From an uncultured Candidatus Sumerlaeota bacterium (GTDB lineage: Bacteria; Sumerlaeota; Sumerlaeia; UBA8349): a stretch of DNA of 64,000 nucleotides. Below the pieces are notes generated by a model. That model saw nothing but the letters and a program-made list of their open reading frames with translations, did no database searches and was not told the DNA's origin. Below, piece after piece: positions 47,211 to 55,861 of this stretch; position 1 is the first letter of the stretch, and each line of letters begins with the position of its first letter. Made by a program: the position numbers and the translations under genes. The stretch is taken from the NCBI GenBank assembly GCA_942493245.1, contig OW818685.1:4770973-4834972 (forward strand), given 5' to 3'.

Positions 47211-48971
47211 ATGAACTTTGAGCCTGTTAACACCAAAAGACCGGGTATGCGGGGTAAGGGGGAGAAACTGGGGGATCTGCTCTTGAAAAAGGGAGCCATT
47301 TCGCCCGAGAATCTCAAAACCGCCTTGAGTTACCAGCGTAGCACCAAGGAAAAGCTGGGACTGATTCTGCTGGAGATGGGTGTGACCAGCGAAGCAGATC
47401 TAGCCGAGGCGCTTGGGGTGCAGTTCGATTTGCCGTTTGTCATGGTTTCACAAGAGGAGATCGAGCCGCAGGCCCTCAGTGTCATTCCCCGGGAAGTGGC
47501 GCTCAAGCACCAGATTCTTCCCATGCGGGTTCAGGGGAATGACTTGACCATTGCCATTTCCGACCCAAGCAATGTCTTTCTGCTCGATGAATTGCGCATG
47601 TTGACGCAGATGCGAATCCATGCGGTCATTTCCTTCAACACCGATATCACACGGGCGCTGTACCGTTATTACGGCGTCCCGGTTGAAACGACCAACAGTG
47701 TGGATGAAATTCTAAGTCAAATGGATGATGGGCAGGTCGAAGTCATTCAACGGTACGAAGATGCCAGCGAGGAAGAAGACACGGATTCGGCATCCCGCGT
47801 GAGTGACGCTCCGATTATCAAGCTTGTCAACGCCATCATTTCCGAAGCGATCCGCGCTCGAGCCTCCGATATTCATATCGAGCCGTTCGACGCGTCGGTG
47901 CGGTTGCGCTACCGGATAGACGGCGTCCTGCAGCAGCGTCCGGATCTGCCCCGCAGCCATCAGAACGCCATCATTTCCCGCATCAAGATTCTCTCGGGGA
48001 TGGATATCGCCGAGAGGCGGTTGCCCCAGGATGGCCGTTTTCGTGTGCGGAGTGGAGGCAGCTCCGTGGACCTGCGGGTCAACACCGTGCCCACGCCCAG
48101 TGGCGAAAAAGTTGTGATGCGGTTGCTCGATCAGTCCAATCTGATGGTGAACCTCGAGTCGCTCGGGTTCATGCCAGACGATATGGCGCGATTCCAGCAG
48201 GAGATCCACAAGCCGTGGGGGATGTGCCTGGTAACCGGGCCGACCGGCAGCGGCAAATCCACGACTTTGTACTCGGCTCTATCGAGTATCAACTCGCCGG
48301 GGAAAAATATCAGTACCGTCGAAGATCCGGTCGAGTACCGCCTGCCGGGGATCATTCAGGTGGCGGCCAACGACAACATCGGCCTGTCGTTCGCCTCAGC
48401 CCTGAGGGCGTTTCTGCGGCAGGATCCGGACATCATCATGGTCGGGGAAATTCGCGATCTGGAAACGGCCCAGGTAGCCGTGAAAGCCGCCCAGACGGGG
48501 CACATGGTGTTCAGCACCCTCCACACCAACGACGCGGCCAGCGCCATCAGCCGGTTGACCAATATGGGAGTGGAACCGTTTCTGATCAGCGGGTCTCTGA
48601 ACATGGTGGTCGCCCAGCGTCTTGTGCGGCGCATCTGCAAAAGTTGCAAAGAGTTTTATGAACCCTCGGAACAGATTTACAAAGACCTGGGGATGAACAC
48701 CGAAAAAATGATGCCGGCCTTGTACCGGGGGTTGGGGTGCGAAGCGTGCAGCATGAATGGCTACAAGGGCCGTGTGGCCCTCTACGAGGTGCTTACCGTT
48801 TCCGACAACCTGCGCGACGCCATCGTCGAGGGAGCCAATGCCACGGCGCTCAAGCGTCTGGCCCTCAAAGAGGGGATGCGCAGTCTGCGCGGATCGGGAA
48901 TTTTGAAAGTCGTCGAAGGAATTACTACGGCCGATGAAGTGCTGGCCAGCACTGTGATGGATCCTCTTTGA
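47211..48971 (+). CDS. gspE: Type II secretion / type IV pilus assembly ATPase (GspE/PilB family)
   Basis: 586 aa with an N-terminal GSPII_E_N domain, Walker A GPTGSGKSTT, Asp/His boxes, and a C-terminal tetracysteine (CKSC...CEAC). AAGGTGG RBS. Confidence 0.93.
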   Translation: MNFEPVNTKRPGMRGKGEKLGDLLLKKGAISPENLKTALSYQRSTKEKLGLILLEMGVTSEADLAEALGVQFDLPFVMVSQEEIEPQALSVIPREVALKHQILPMRVQGNDLTIAISDPSNVFLLDELRMLTQMRIHAVISFNTDITRALYRYYGVPVETTNSVDEILSQMDDGQVEVIQRYEDASEEEDTDSASRVSDAPIIKLVNAIISEAIRARASDIHIEPFDASVRLRYRIDGVLQQRPDLPRSHQNAIISRIKILSGMDIAERRLPQDGRFRVRSGGSSVDLRVNTVPTPSGEKVVMRLLDQSNLMVNLESLGFMPDDMARFQQEIHKPWGMCLVTGPTGSGKSTTLYSALSSINSPGKNISTVEDPVEYRLPGIIQVAANDNIGLSFASALRAFLRQDPDIIMVGEIRDLETAQVAVKAAQTGHMVFSTLHTNDAASAISRLTNMGVEPFLISGSLNMVVAQRLVRRICKSCKEFYEPSEQIYKDLGMNTEKMMPALYRGLGCEACSMNGYKGRVALYEVLTVSDNLRDAIVEGANATALKRLALKEGMRSLRGSGILKVVEGITTADEVLASTVMDPL

Positions 48972-48996
48972 TCCCCCGCTTTCCCCTTGAAAATTC

Positions 48997-49044
48997 CGGG
49001 CGTTCGGTTTTCCCATCGGAGAGCCGGACGCCCGACGGGTTTTA
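48997..49044 (+). terminator. Candidate intrinsic terminator after gspE
   Basis: Stem CCGGGCGTTCGG / CCGGACGCCCG (one mismatch), followed by ACGGGTTTT. Confidence 0.45.
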
Positions 49045-49127
49045 AAACACCCACCGAAACAGCAACATACTTTCTCTTACGCAAATCCATTGCATCCGCC
49101 CCCTCTCTGAGCTTATTCTAATTATGG

Positions 49128-51359
49128 GTGTTCTATTCAGTCGAGTGGGGGAGACACCGGGCCGTGGATGACTCGGAAAAAACACGCGAAGCGTTGCTTG
49201 CGGAAGTACGCGACTTGCGGCTTCGGCTTCAAGCCGCGGAAATCGAAAACCGGCGGGCCGACGCCTCCTGGTATGAAGCGACGCTGCACGCCTGGCAAAA
49301 CAGCGAGGAGCGCTACCGCCGCCTGGTGGAGTATTGCCCGGATGGAATTGCGGTCCACTGCGAAGGCCGGATCGTGTTTGCCAATCCGGCGATGGCGGAA
49401 ATCCTGGGAACGACCCCATCCGAACTTCTGGGAAAAACTCTCTGGGAAATCGTGCATCCGAATTGCTGGAACGTTGTCCGCGAGCGGCTCGATCTGTTGA
49501 TTCAGAAGGGCGAAACGGTTCCCCGGATCGAAGAGAAGATGGTCCGCCTCGACGGTTCAACGGTGGACGTGGATGTGGTGGCGTTGCCCTTTCTTTACGA
49601 AGACCGGCAGGCGGTTCAGATTCTGGTGCGCGATATCTCCCGGAACAAATGGGTCGAGGAGGAACTGCGCGAAAGCGAGAAACGCTTCCGGCGGATCACC
49701 GAGGCGGTGACGGATTACGTCTATAGGGTTTACGTGGATCAGGGCCGGCCGGTCCGGACCATTCACGGCTCGTCCTGCGAAAAAGTGACCGGTTACACTC
49801 CCGAGGAATTCGCGGCGGACCCATTTCTCTGGATCCGGATGGTTCCCCCCGAAGAGCATGAAATTGTCCACGCGCAGATTCGGCATGTTCTGGCGGGTGA
49901 GGAACCGGAGACGATCGAGCACCGGATCATTCGCAAGAACGGCGAGGAACGCTGGATCTGCAATACACAGGTGCCGCACTATGACCCGTCGGGGCAGGTC
50001 TTGTGTATTGACGGTTTGATTCGCGATATTTCCAAGCGCAAACGCGCCGAACGCGAGCGCAACGAGATGCAGGCGCTGGTGCAGTCGGCCCGCAAGCATG
50101 AGAGCCTGAGCGTGCTGGCGCGCGGCATTGCCCACGATTTCAAGAACATCGTGACGGTCATGTCGGGTTTCGCGGCAGTCGCTCTGGGGAAGATTCCGGG
50201 CGAACACCCGGTGACGGAGTGCCTGCGTCATATCCGGGCGGCGGGTGAGCGCGCCGTCGAACTGGTCAACCGGGTTCTGCTTTTCAGTCAGGACCGGGCC
50301 GAGGGAAGCCATCCCATGCGGTTTCAGGATGCGGCGAATGAGACCGTGGCCTTGCTCGACAGCATTCTGCCGCCCAAGGTCCATCTCCGGTCGCGGATTG
50401 CGCCGGATTGCAGCCACATTTGTGCGGACCCGATTCAGATTCACCAGGTGGTTATGAATCTGTGTACCAACGCCCTGCATGCCATGCAGGACGGGCGAGG
50501 GGGAACGCTGACGGTCGAGTTGGAAGAAGTGCGTCTGGATGCTCCGTGGGCGACTCGGCAGGTCACCCTGTTGCCGGGGCGCTATGTGCGCCTGAGCGTG
50601 GCCGACACCGGGTGTGGAATTCCCCCGGAGATTCTGGACCGGATCTTCGAGCCTTATTTCACGACCCGCAACGGGGGAGAGGGAACCGGTCTGGGGTTGG
50701 CGACGGTCCAAGGGATCATCAACAGCTATGGGGGAGCCATCACCGTCCAGAGCGAAGTGGGGCATGGGAGTGTTTTCCGGGTTTACCTGCCCACTTGCGG
50801 CACCCCGCCACTGGAACGGGCGCCCGAAGGCGAAGGCCAGGAACCGGAACTCGTGATGGATGCGGTCTCGGAAGAACGATCCCCGGAGCCGCCTGTCGAG
50901 GAGCCGTTCGAGTCGCTCCCGCCGGTGTCCGGACGCCCCTGGATTCTTCTGACCGATGTGGACTCCGCCATTCTGAATCTGGGGCAAATGGCACTCGAAT
51001 ATATGGGGTACCGGGTGTTGCCTTTCGATTCTTGCGAGGACGCCCTGCAGGCCTACCGCGAGGCGCCGGATCGGTTCGACCTGGTGGCGACGGGTCTGAT
51101 CTTTCCCGATCGCTCGGGATTCGATTTCCTGCGCGAAGTGCGCGAAATCTGTGAAACACAAGTGGTGGTCCTGCTGGCCGGGGAAGATCAGATTCTGGAC
51201 AGCAACGAAGTCTTGGACGTCGGTTTCGACGACTGGCTGGAAAAACCCTTCTCCACAGAGGCCCTCGTGGATTTCGTCAAGAAAACACTGGCCCGTTTCC
51301 CGAAGAAAACGCGGGAAGAGAAAGAGCCGGGAGAACTTCCGGAAGACGCAATCTACTGA
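49128..51359 (+). CDS. Cytoplasmic multi-PAS sensor histidine kinase with C-terminal pseudo-receiver domain
   Basis: PAS/PAC repeats, HisKA (ARGIAHDFKN), HATPase_c, and a REC-like C-terminus in which the phospho-acceptor position reads DLVATGLIFPD (Gly in place of Asp). GTG start at 49128. An alternative start is GTG 49164. Confidence 0.82.
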   Translation: MFYSVEWGRHRAVDDSEKTREALLAEVRDLRLRLQAAEIENRRADASWYEATLHAWQNSEERYRRLVEYCPDGIAVHCEGRIVFANPAMAEILGTTPSELLGKTLWEIVHPNCWNVVRERLDLLIQKGETVPRIEEKMVRLDGSTVDVDVVALPFLYEDRQAVQILVRDISRNKWVEEELRESEKRFRRITEAVTDYVYRVYVDQGRPVRTIHGSSCEKVTGYTPEEFAADPFLWIRMVPPEEHEIVHAQIRHVLAGEEPETIEHRIIRKNGEERWICNTQVPHYDPSGQVLCIDGLIRDISKRKRAERERNEMQALVQSARKHESLSVLARGIAHDFKNIVTVMSGFAAVALGKIPGEHPVTECLRHIRAAGERAVELVNRVLLFSQDRAEGSHPMRFQDAANETVALLDSILPPKVHLRSRIAPDCSHICADPIQIHQVVMNLCTNALHAMQDGRGGTLTVELEEVRLDAPWATRQVTLLPGRYVRLSVADTGCGIPPEILDRIFEPYFTTRNGGEGTGLGLATVQGIINSYGGAITVQSEVGHGSVFRVYLPTCGTPPLERAPEGEGQEPELVMDAVSEERSPEPPVEEPFESLPPVSGRPWILLTDVDSAILNLGQMALEYMGYRVLPFDSCEDALQAYREAPDRFDLVATGLIFPDRSGFDFLREVREICETQVVVLLAGEDQILDSNEVLDVGFDDWLEKPFSTEALVDFVKKTLARFPKKTREEKEPGELPEDAIY

Positions 51360-51488
51360 GCCTTTTACAAAAGTAATTGGGTCTGCGGCGAAAAAGCGGG
51401 GAGATTTTTTGGCGAGAACGCATGTTCATTCACCTTTACCGCTCAGATCGCCTTTTTTCGACTTTTTCAGAGGTTCGATACTATTCAG

Positions 51489-51705
51489 GTGGCCCCGAAG
51501 GGGCCTCCCGATCAGTAGCCGTGGGTGACCGAAGGGAACCCACGGACAGGGAATTGCCTATTTCGCACCCTGAAGGGGTGCCCCAACGAAAGTGAAATCA
51601 ATGATTGGGGAACCCCTTCGGGGTTTGATTTATTATGGGGACATATTCCGTAGGTTCCCTTCGGTCACCTACGGCTACTGAAGGGGAATCCCTTCGGGAT
51701 TCAAC
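51489..51705. repeat. Cluster of six GC hairpins with CGAAGG/CCTTCG loops; two 32-nt units are inverted copies (MITE-like, family 4)
   Basis: U2 AGTAGCCGTGGGTGACCGAAGGGAACCCACGG (51514-51545) and U5 CCGTAGGTTCCCTTCGGTCACCTACGGCTACT (51648-51679) are reverse complements with 2 compensatory changes. Four further hairpins (GGCCCCGAAGGGGCC, GCACCCTGAAGGGGTGC, AACCCCTTCGGGGTT, GAATCCCTTCGGGATTC) lie between and around them. Confidence 0.55.
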
Positions 51706-51847
51706 AACAACATCTTTCCTTTGAGCCTTTAAAAAGTATCCGGTAAACAGCGAAGACTTTTGCAAGAGGCTCTACTGAAGAATCGAGAAAATCCCCGAGT
51801 TTCCGGTAAAGCCGCTCTTCTATTGTGCCGATAACATGTTCGTGGGC

Positions 51848-51876
51848 TTGAGATTTCAGGCGCACAGAGGTAAAAT
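51848..51876 (+). promoter_or_regulatory. Candidate sigma70 promoter for the comEA-like gene (TTGAGA-17-TAAAAT)
   Basis: -35 at 51848-51853 and -10 at 51871-51876, about 65 nt upstream of ATG 51945. Confidence 0.45.
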
Positions 51877-51944
51877 AGCGTTCCGCTGTGGCGCTCAGGT
51901 GAAGCAAGCCGCGCACGAGCGATCCGGAATCCGGGAGAGGTGGC

Positions 51945-53264
51945 ATGGTCAATCGAAACACGGAAAAACGCGGTACAAACGGGTGGCGCCAGTGGGCGCC
52001 GTTTGTGGGAATTCTTGCGTGGGTGGGACTGGGTCTTTTTTTGCCAGACCCGACGGTACGAGCGGTTGACACGCCGTCGGGGAAAGCGCCGGTTTCCGTG
52101 GCGTTGCCTTCGGCAAGCGCGAAGGCTTCCCTGGGAAAATCTGTTCCGGCTCAATCGGCCAACGGGACCCCTGATCGAACGGTAAAACCCAAAACCGCGA
52201 AATCCGAGGCGAAAGCGGCAAAACCGGAGAAAGTCTCCACCCCGGATGCGACCGTTCCCCGCAATGCCGCAACTCCTGCGGCAGCCCCCCTCCAAGGGCC
52301 GAAAGTGTACCCGATCACCAGCGTTTTTGTGAAAGAAGAATTGCCGGAAGAGAAAACATTGCCCCCGCCTCCGCCCCCTGCGCCGCTGGATCTGGGAGTG
52401 GCGCCAGAAGTGCAGCTGTTTCCGGAGTGGGCCAGGTCGGCCACCTCGGCAACCCAGTCTCAACCATTTCCGTCCGGAGCGGTCGCCGATGCGCGTGTCT
52501 CGACCCAGACGGCTGTTGCGAAAACGCCCGAACCGGCTCCTGCTGGTCCTCCGGAGCCTCAAGACCCTGAGGGGGCTGCTCCCGGGCAATCGAGCGGGGT
52601 GAAAGCCGTGTCGGCCCCGGCATCGGTTCCTTCGAAGGCGGATTTCGTTCTGGCCGCCTCGGAAACAACAGGAACACTGAATTCGACTCCGCTTGCGACA
52701 CAACCGGCGCAGATTGCCGCGGCTGCGCCTACCGCAGTCGTTGTTCCTAAGTCTGGTCCTGCAACCGCCAAAGCGCTCACCGCAAAGAACGGCCAAAAGG
52801 GATCTGGGGTCAAAGTTTCTCCGTTCCCAACACCGTCCATCAAGCCTCCGTCGCCCACCGCGCCCACAAAAGAAAATCCGCTCGACTTGAACACGGCCAC
52901 CCGCGCCCAATTGATGGAGTTGCCGGGTGTGGACGGAATTCGGGCCGATTTGATTCTGGCGCATCGCCGCGCCATCGGATCGTTTCGGGCAGCCACCCAG
53001 CTACGCGAAGTGTATGGGATTTCCGACACGATCTGGGAACAGGTGGCGGATCTGGTGATCGCGGTTCCGGGCGCAACAAGTAAACCGGGCAGGGCTGCCT
53101 CGGCTTCGAGGTTGCCGCTGGACAAGGTACTCAAACCCGCGCTCCCCCAATCGCCCGTCCGTCCGAAATTGCCCACCCCCCCTGCGCATCCTGTCGCGCC
53201 AGCCGGGACGGCGTACCCGGATTTGTCCACACGGCCTTCGGCTACTCCCCTTGCCGGGAAATAA
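51945..53264 (+). CDS. ComEA-like helix-hairpin-helix DNA-binding protein with N-terminal TM anchor and long Pro/Ala-rich linker
   Basis: The TM segment is WAPFVGILAWVGLGLFL. The HhH core is LDLNTATRAQLMELPGVDGIRADLILAHRRAIGSFRAATQLREVYGISDTIWEQVADLV. GGAGAGG RBS. Confidence 0.8.
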   Translation: MVNRNTEKRGTNGWRQWAPFVGILAWVGLGLFLPDPTVRAVDTPSGKAPVSVALPSASAKASLGKSVPAQSANGTPDRTVKPKTAKSEAKAAKPEKVSTPDATVPRNAATPAAAPLQGPKVYPITSVFVKEELPEEKTLPPPPPPAPLDLGVAPEVQLFPEWARSATSATQSQPFPSGAVADARVSTQTAVAKTPEPAPAGPPEPQDPEGAAPGQSSGVKAVSAPASVPSKADFVLAASETTGTLNSTPLATQPAQIAAAAPTAVVVPKSGPATAKALTAKNGQKGSGVKVSPFPTPSIKPPSPTAPTKENPLDLNTATRAQLMELPGVDGIRADLILAHRRAIGSFRAATQLREVYGISDTIWEQVADLVIAVPGATSKPGRAASASRLPLDKVLKPALPQSPVRPKLPTPPAHPVAPAGTAYPDLSTRPSATPLAGK

Positions 53265-53335
53265 GGGGCCGGTTTCCGCCCCCCGATACCCCGGTCTGAA
53301 AGCGCCTTTCTGTCCACTCGTTCTCGGAACACGAT

Positions 53336-54586
53336 ATGGAGATCCCCGGTTTGCCGTCTGAAGCATTACCCCGCAAACGTCCGGACAACGGAACGCGGTT
53401 CGGGCTTTATGTGCATGTGCCCTTCTGTCTGTCGAAATGTCCGTATTGCGACTTCGTTTCGTTTCCCCCCGAAATTCTGGATGATGCGGGACGGGACGTG
53501 TTAATGCGCGCTCTGGAGGCCGAACTGGCGCTGGCGTTGCGCTCGTTTCCCGAACTGCGCGGGCAGACGCTCGACACTGTGTATTTTGGCGGCGGAACCC
53601 CGTCGCTCCTCGAACCCGCCACAATCGGCCATCTGTTGGATCTGGCCCGCTCGGCGTTCCAGTGCGGCGATCTCGAAGTGACGATCGAGTGCAACCCTGT
53701 GACCGCGCAGGTGGAACGTCTGGCGGCTTTTCAGGCGGCGGGGGTCAACCGGATCAGTCTGGGAATTCAAAGTTTCGATCCTGAAACCCTGCAACGTCTG
53801 GGCCGCCGCCACTCCGCCGATGAAAGCCACGACGCCTGCCAGCGCGTGCGGGATCTGGGGTTTCGGTCGTGGGGCCTGGATCTGATATTCGGGGTACCGA
53901 CCCCTTCTGAGGATCGCCAGACACCGGGCCATCCGGTGCCGAATAAGGATGAGGAACTGGAGCGTTTCGCCCGCGACCTCGAAACCGCCATCTTGTGGCA
54001 ACCACCGCATCTGTCGGTCTATGGAATGACGCTCCATGAAGGAACGCCGTTTCACGAGCGGCATGCCGCGGGAAATCTGGTTCTGCCGGACGAGGAAACG
54101 CAGCGCGATCTATTTCTTCTGACCCGGCGGCGGTTGACCGAAGCGGGGTGGCGCCATTATGAGATTTCGAATTATGCCTGGCCGGGGCACGAAAGCCGCC
54201 ACAACACGCTTTACTGGACCGGGGGCGAATACCTGGGGCTGGGCGTGAGCGCGCATTCGTATTTCGCGGGTCAACGCCGGGCCAATCCGCCGGAGGTTGC
54301 GGTGTATCTCGGCCGGGTCCACGCGGGGTGTTACCCGGCGGAGGCCGAAGCGCCCCCGTGCGAGCGGTCGTTGCGGGGCGAGCGGATCATGCTGGCCCTG
54401 CGGCAGGTCGAGGGGGCGCTCCTGGCCGAGCTGGACCGTTCCCTGGGGTGCCATTTCCGCAAAACCTACGCGGTCGAACTCGCGCGCCTGTGTGAAAACG
54501 GTTTATTGTGGATGGACGAGAACCGCGTCGCGTTGACCGAAGAGGGGCTGCTGCTGTCCGACAGTGTATTTGAAGAATTCTTTTGA
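53336..54586 (+). CDS. hemW: Radical SAM heme chaperone HemW (HemN-like, oxygen-independent coproporphyrinogen oxidase family)
   Basis: YVHVPFCLSKCPYCDF (CxxxCxxC), GGGTPS, and a HemN C-terminal domain. Confidence 0.9.
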   Translation: MEIPGLPSEALPRKRPDNGTRFGLYVHVPFCLSKCPYCDFVSFPPEILDDAGRDVLMRALEAELALALRSFPELRGQTLDTVYFGGGTPSLLEPATIGHLLDLARSAFQCGDLEVTIECNPVTAQVERLAAFQAAGVNRISLGIQSFDPETLQRLGRRHSADESHDACQRVRDLGFRSWGLDLIFGVPTPSEDRQTPGHPVPNKDEELERFARDLETAILWQPPHLSVYGMTLHEGTPFHERHAAGNLVLPDEETQRDLFLLTRRRLTEAGWRHYEISNYAWPGHESRHNTLYWTGGEYLGLGVSAHSYFAGQRRANPPEVAVYLGRVHAGCYPAEAEAPPCERSLRGERIMLALRQVEGALLAELDRSLGCHFRKTYAVELARLCENGLLWMDENRVALTEEGLLLSDSVFEEFF

Positions 54587-54646
54587 TCCAACACGGAATG
54601 AGACGCGTGTTGATTTTTCAACGGGTTTTCCGGTCCCGGGTCTGCG

Positions 54647-54924
54647 GAACTCCTCATTGTCTATATGACCTAAAACCAAGATCTCCCATCTTCGGGCCTT
54701 CACACAGGGAGAAAGGCGGTTCCGAGGTGGCATGGGCGTCTCGCCCATGAAGGGTCTCCGGAACAAAAGACCCGAAATCCCCGGTCCTGCCGATGAGAAC
54801 GTCGGCAATTCACGGGCGGGACGCCCGTGCCACCTCCGGGCCATCTCCATTTTGCAGGACGAGGGACTTCCCTGTATCCCCCCTCGAACGACAACCTCAC
54901 AATTCGCCGGACAATGAGGAGTTC
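54647..54924. mobile_element. MITE-like element B, 278 bp, with perfect 15-bp TIRs GAACTCCTCATTGTC / GACAATGAGGAGTTC, flanked by a 14-bp direct repeat GTCCCGGGTCTGCG
   Basis: TIRs are at 54647-54661 and 54910-54924. The direct repeat GTCCCGGGTCTGCG lies at 54633-54646 and 54927-54940, a target-site-duplication-like arrangement. The internal cargo is the family-2 REP pair (54724-54836). The same TIR bounds element A at 2326-2577. Confidence 0.6.
54724..54836. repeat. Family-2 REP-like element (c)
   Basis: GAGGTGGCATGGGCGTCTCGCCCATGAA ... TTCACGGGCGGGACGCCCGTGCCACCTC. The terminal 28-bp arms are inverted repeats. Confidence 0.7.
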
Positions 54925-55021
54925 GTGTCCCGGGTCTGCGTATTTTCCAGTTTTCCCTTGCAATTGCCCGGCACGGTTCCCACAATCCCTTCATTATTGG
55001 GTCGGGAGGAAATGACCGAAA

Positions 55022-55786
55022 ATGGCCGGAAAGATTCAACTGCGTAAACGCTTGAGTGAAGACACGGAATACTACGATCAGGATGTGATCGAGAAGTATA
55101 TTGATTTTCTGGAGGAGAAAGGGCGGCTCGAACGAGTCGGAAACCTGCTCCTGGACGCCCAGGCGTTGACGCGCCCCTTCGCCTGCGATACGGCGCAGTG
55201 CGTGACCTGTGGCAAGGGGGGACGCGGACGCAAGAAACTCAGTTCCTGCTGCGAGGTTTATACGCCGCGCCTTTCGACCCGCGAGCGCGAGTGCCTCGAC
55301 GCGATTCTCCCCGCGCTCTACGAGCGATTCCCCCGTCTGGAAAAGGCGATCGAGAAGGCGGGCGGGTATTACGAGTGGGACGAAGGGTACGACCGCATGG
55401 TGAACAAGAACGGCAACGGCCTGTGCGTCTTCATGACGCCGGACACCGACGAGTTCGGGTTCCATGCGTGCAAGATCCACGCCTGGTGTCTTGAGACCGG
55501 TAAATCGCCTTTCGACTACAAACCCTCGGCGTGCGTGATGTTTCCGCTCTTTCTGCTCGAGACGGGCCGCGACGATGGCACCGTCCTGCTTTCGGTTCAC
55601 AGCAAGGAAATCATGACGATGGGCGAAACGGACGACGGGAGCTATCAGGAGGTCGGGTGCCTGAAAACCTCCAGGTTGGATGCTCCGCCCGCCTATATCG
55701 AAATGCGGTCCACCATCGAGAATATGTTCGGCGCCCGGGTGTGGCAACAGATGGATCGGGCTCTGAAAGCGCGTGTCGAGAAATAA
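55022..55786 (+). CDS. YkgJ/UPF0153-family Cys-rich (putative Fe-S or Zn-binding) protein
   Basis: CDTAQCVTCGKGG...SSCC and LCVFMTPDTDEFGFHACKIHAWCLETGKSPFDYKPSACVMFPL match the CxxCxxCC / CPFL...C.IY..RP..CR.FP family pattern. Confidence 0.75.
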   Translation: MAGKIQLRKRLSEDTEYYDQDVIEKYIDFLEEKGRLERVGNLLLDAQALTRPFACDTAQCVTCGKGGRGRKKLSSCCEVYTPRLSTRERECLDAILPALYERFPRLEKAIEKAGGYYEWDEGYDRMVNKNGNGLCVFMTPDTDEFGFHACKIHAWCLETGKSPFDYKPSACVMFPLFLLETGRDDGTVLLSVHSKEIMTMGETDDGSYQEVGCLKTSRLDAPPAYIEMRSTIENMFGARVWQQMDRALKARVEK

Positions 55787-55861
55787 TCGGTGGCTCGATC
55801 GCGCCGTCCCGGCCCGGGAGGCCGGGTTTTCCGTTCGCTCCAGAAATTGAAGGATTTGCCG

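Noticed and set aside
49557-51161. 534-aa minus-strand ORF
   Set aside because: Antisense shadow of the PAS histidine kinase gene, which has clear HisKA/HATPase motifs on the plus strand.
51466-51480. GGTTCGATAC resembling a tRNA T-arm
   Set aside because: No acceptor stem, D-arm or anticodon-arm geometry around it. It is part of the hairpin-cluster region.
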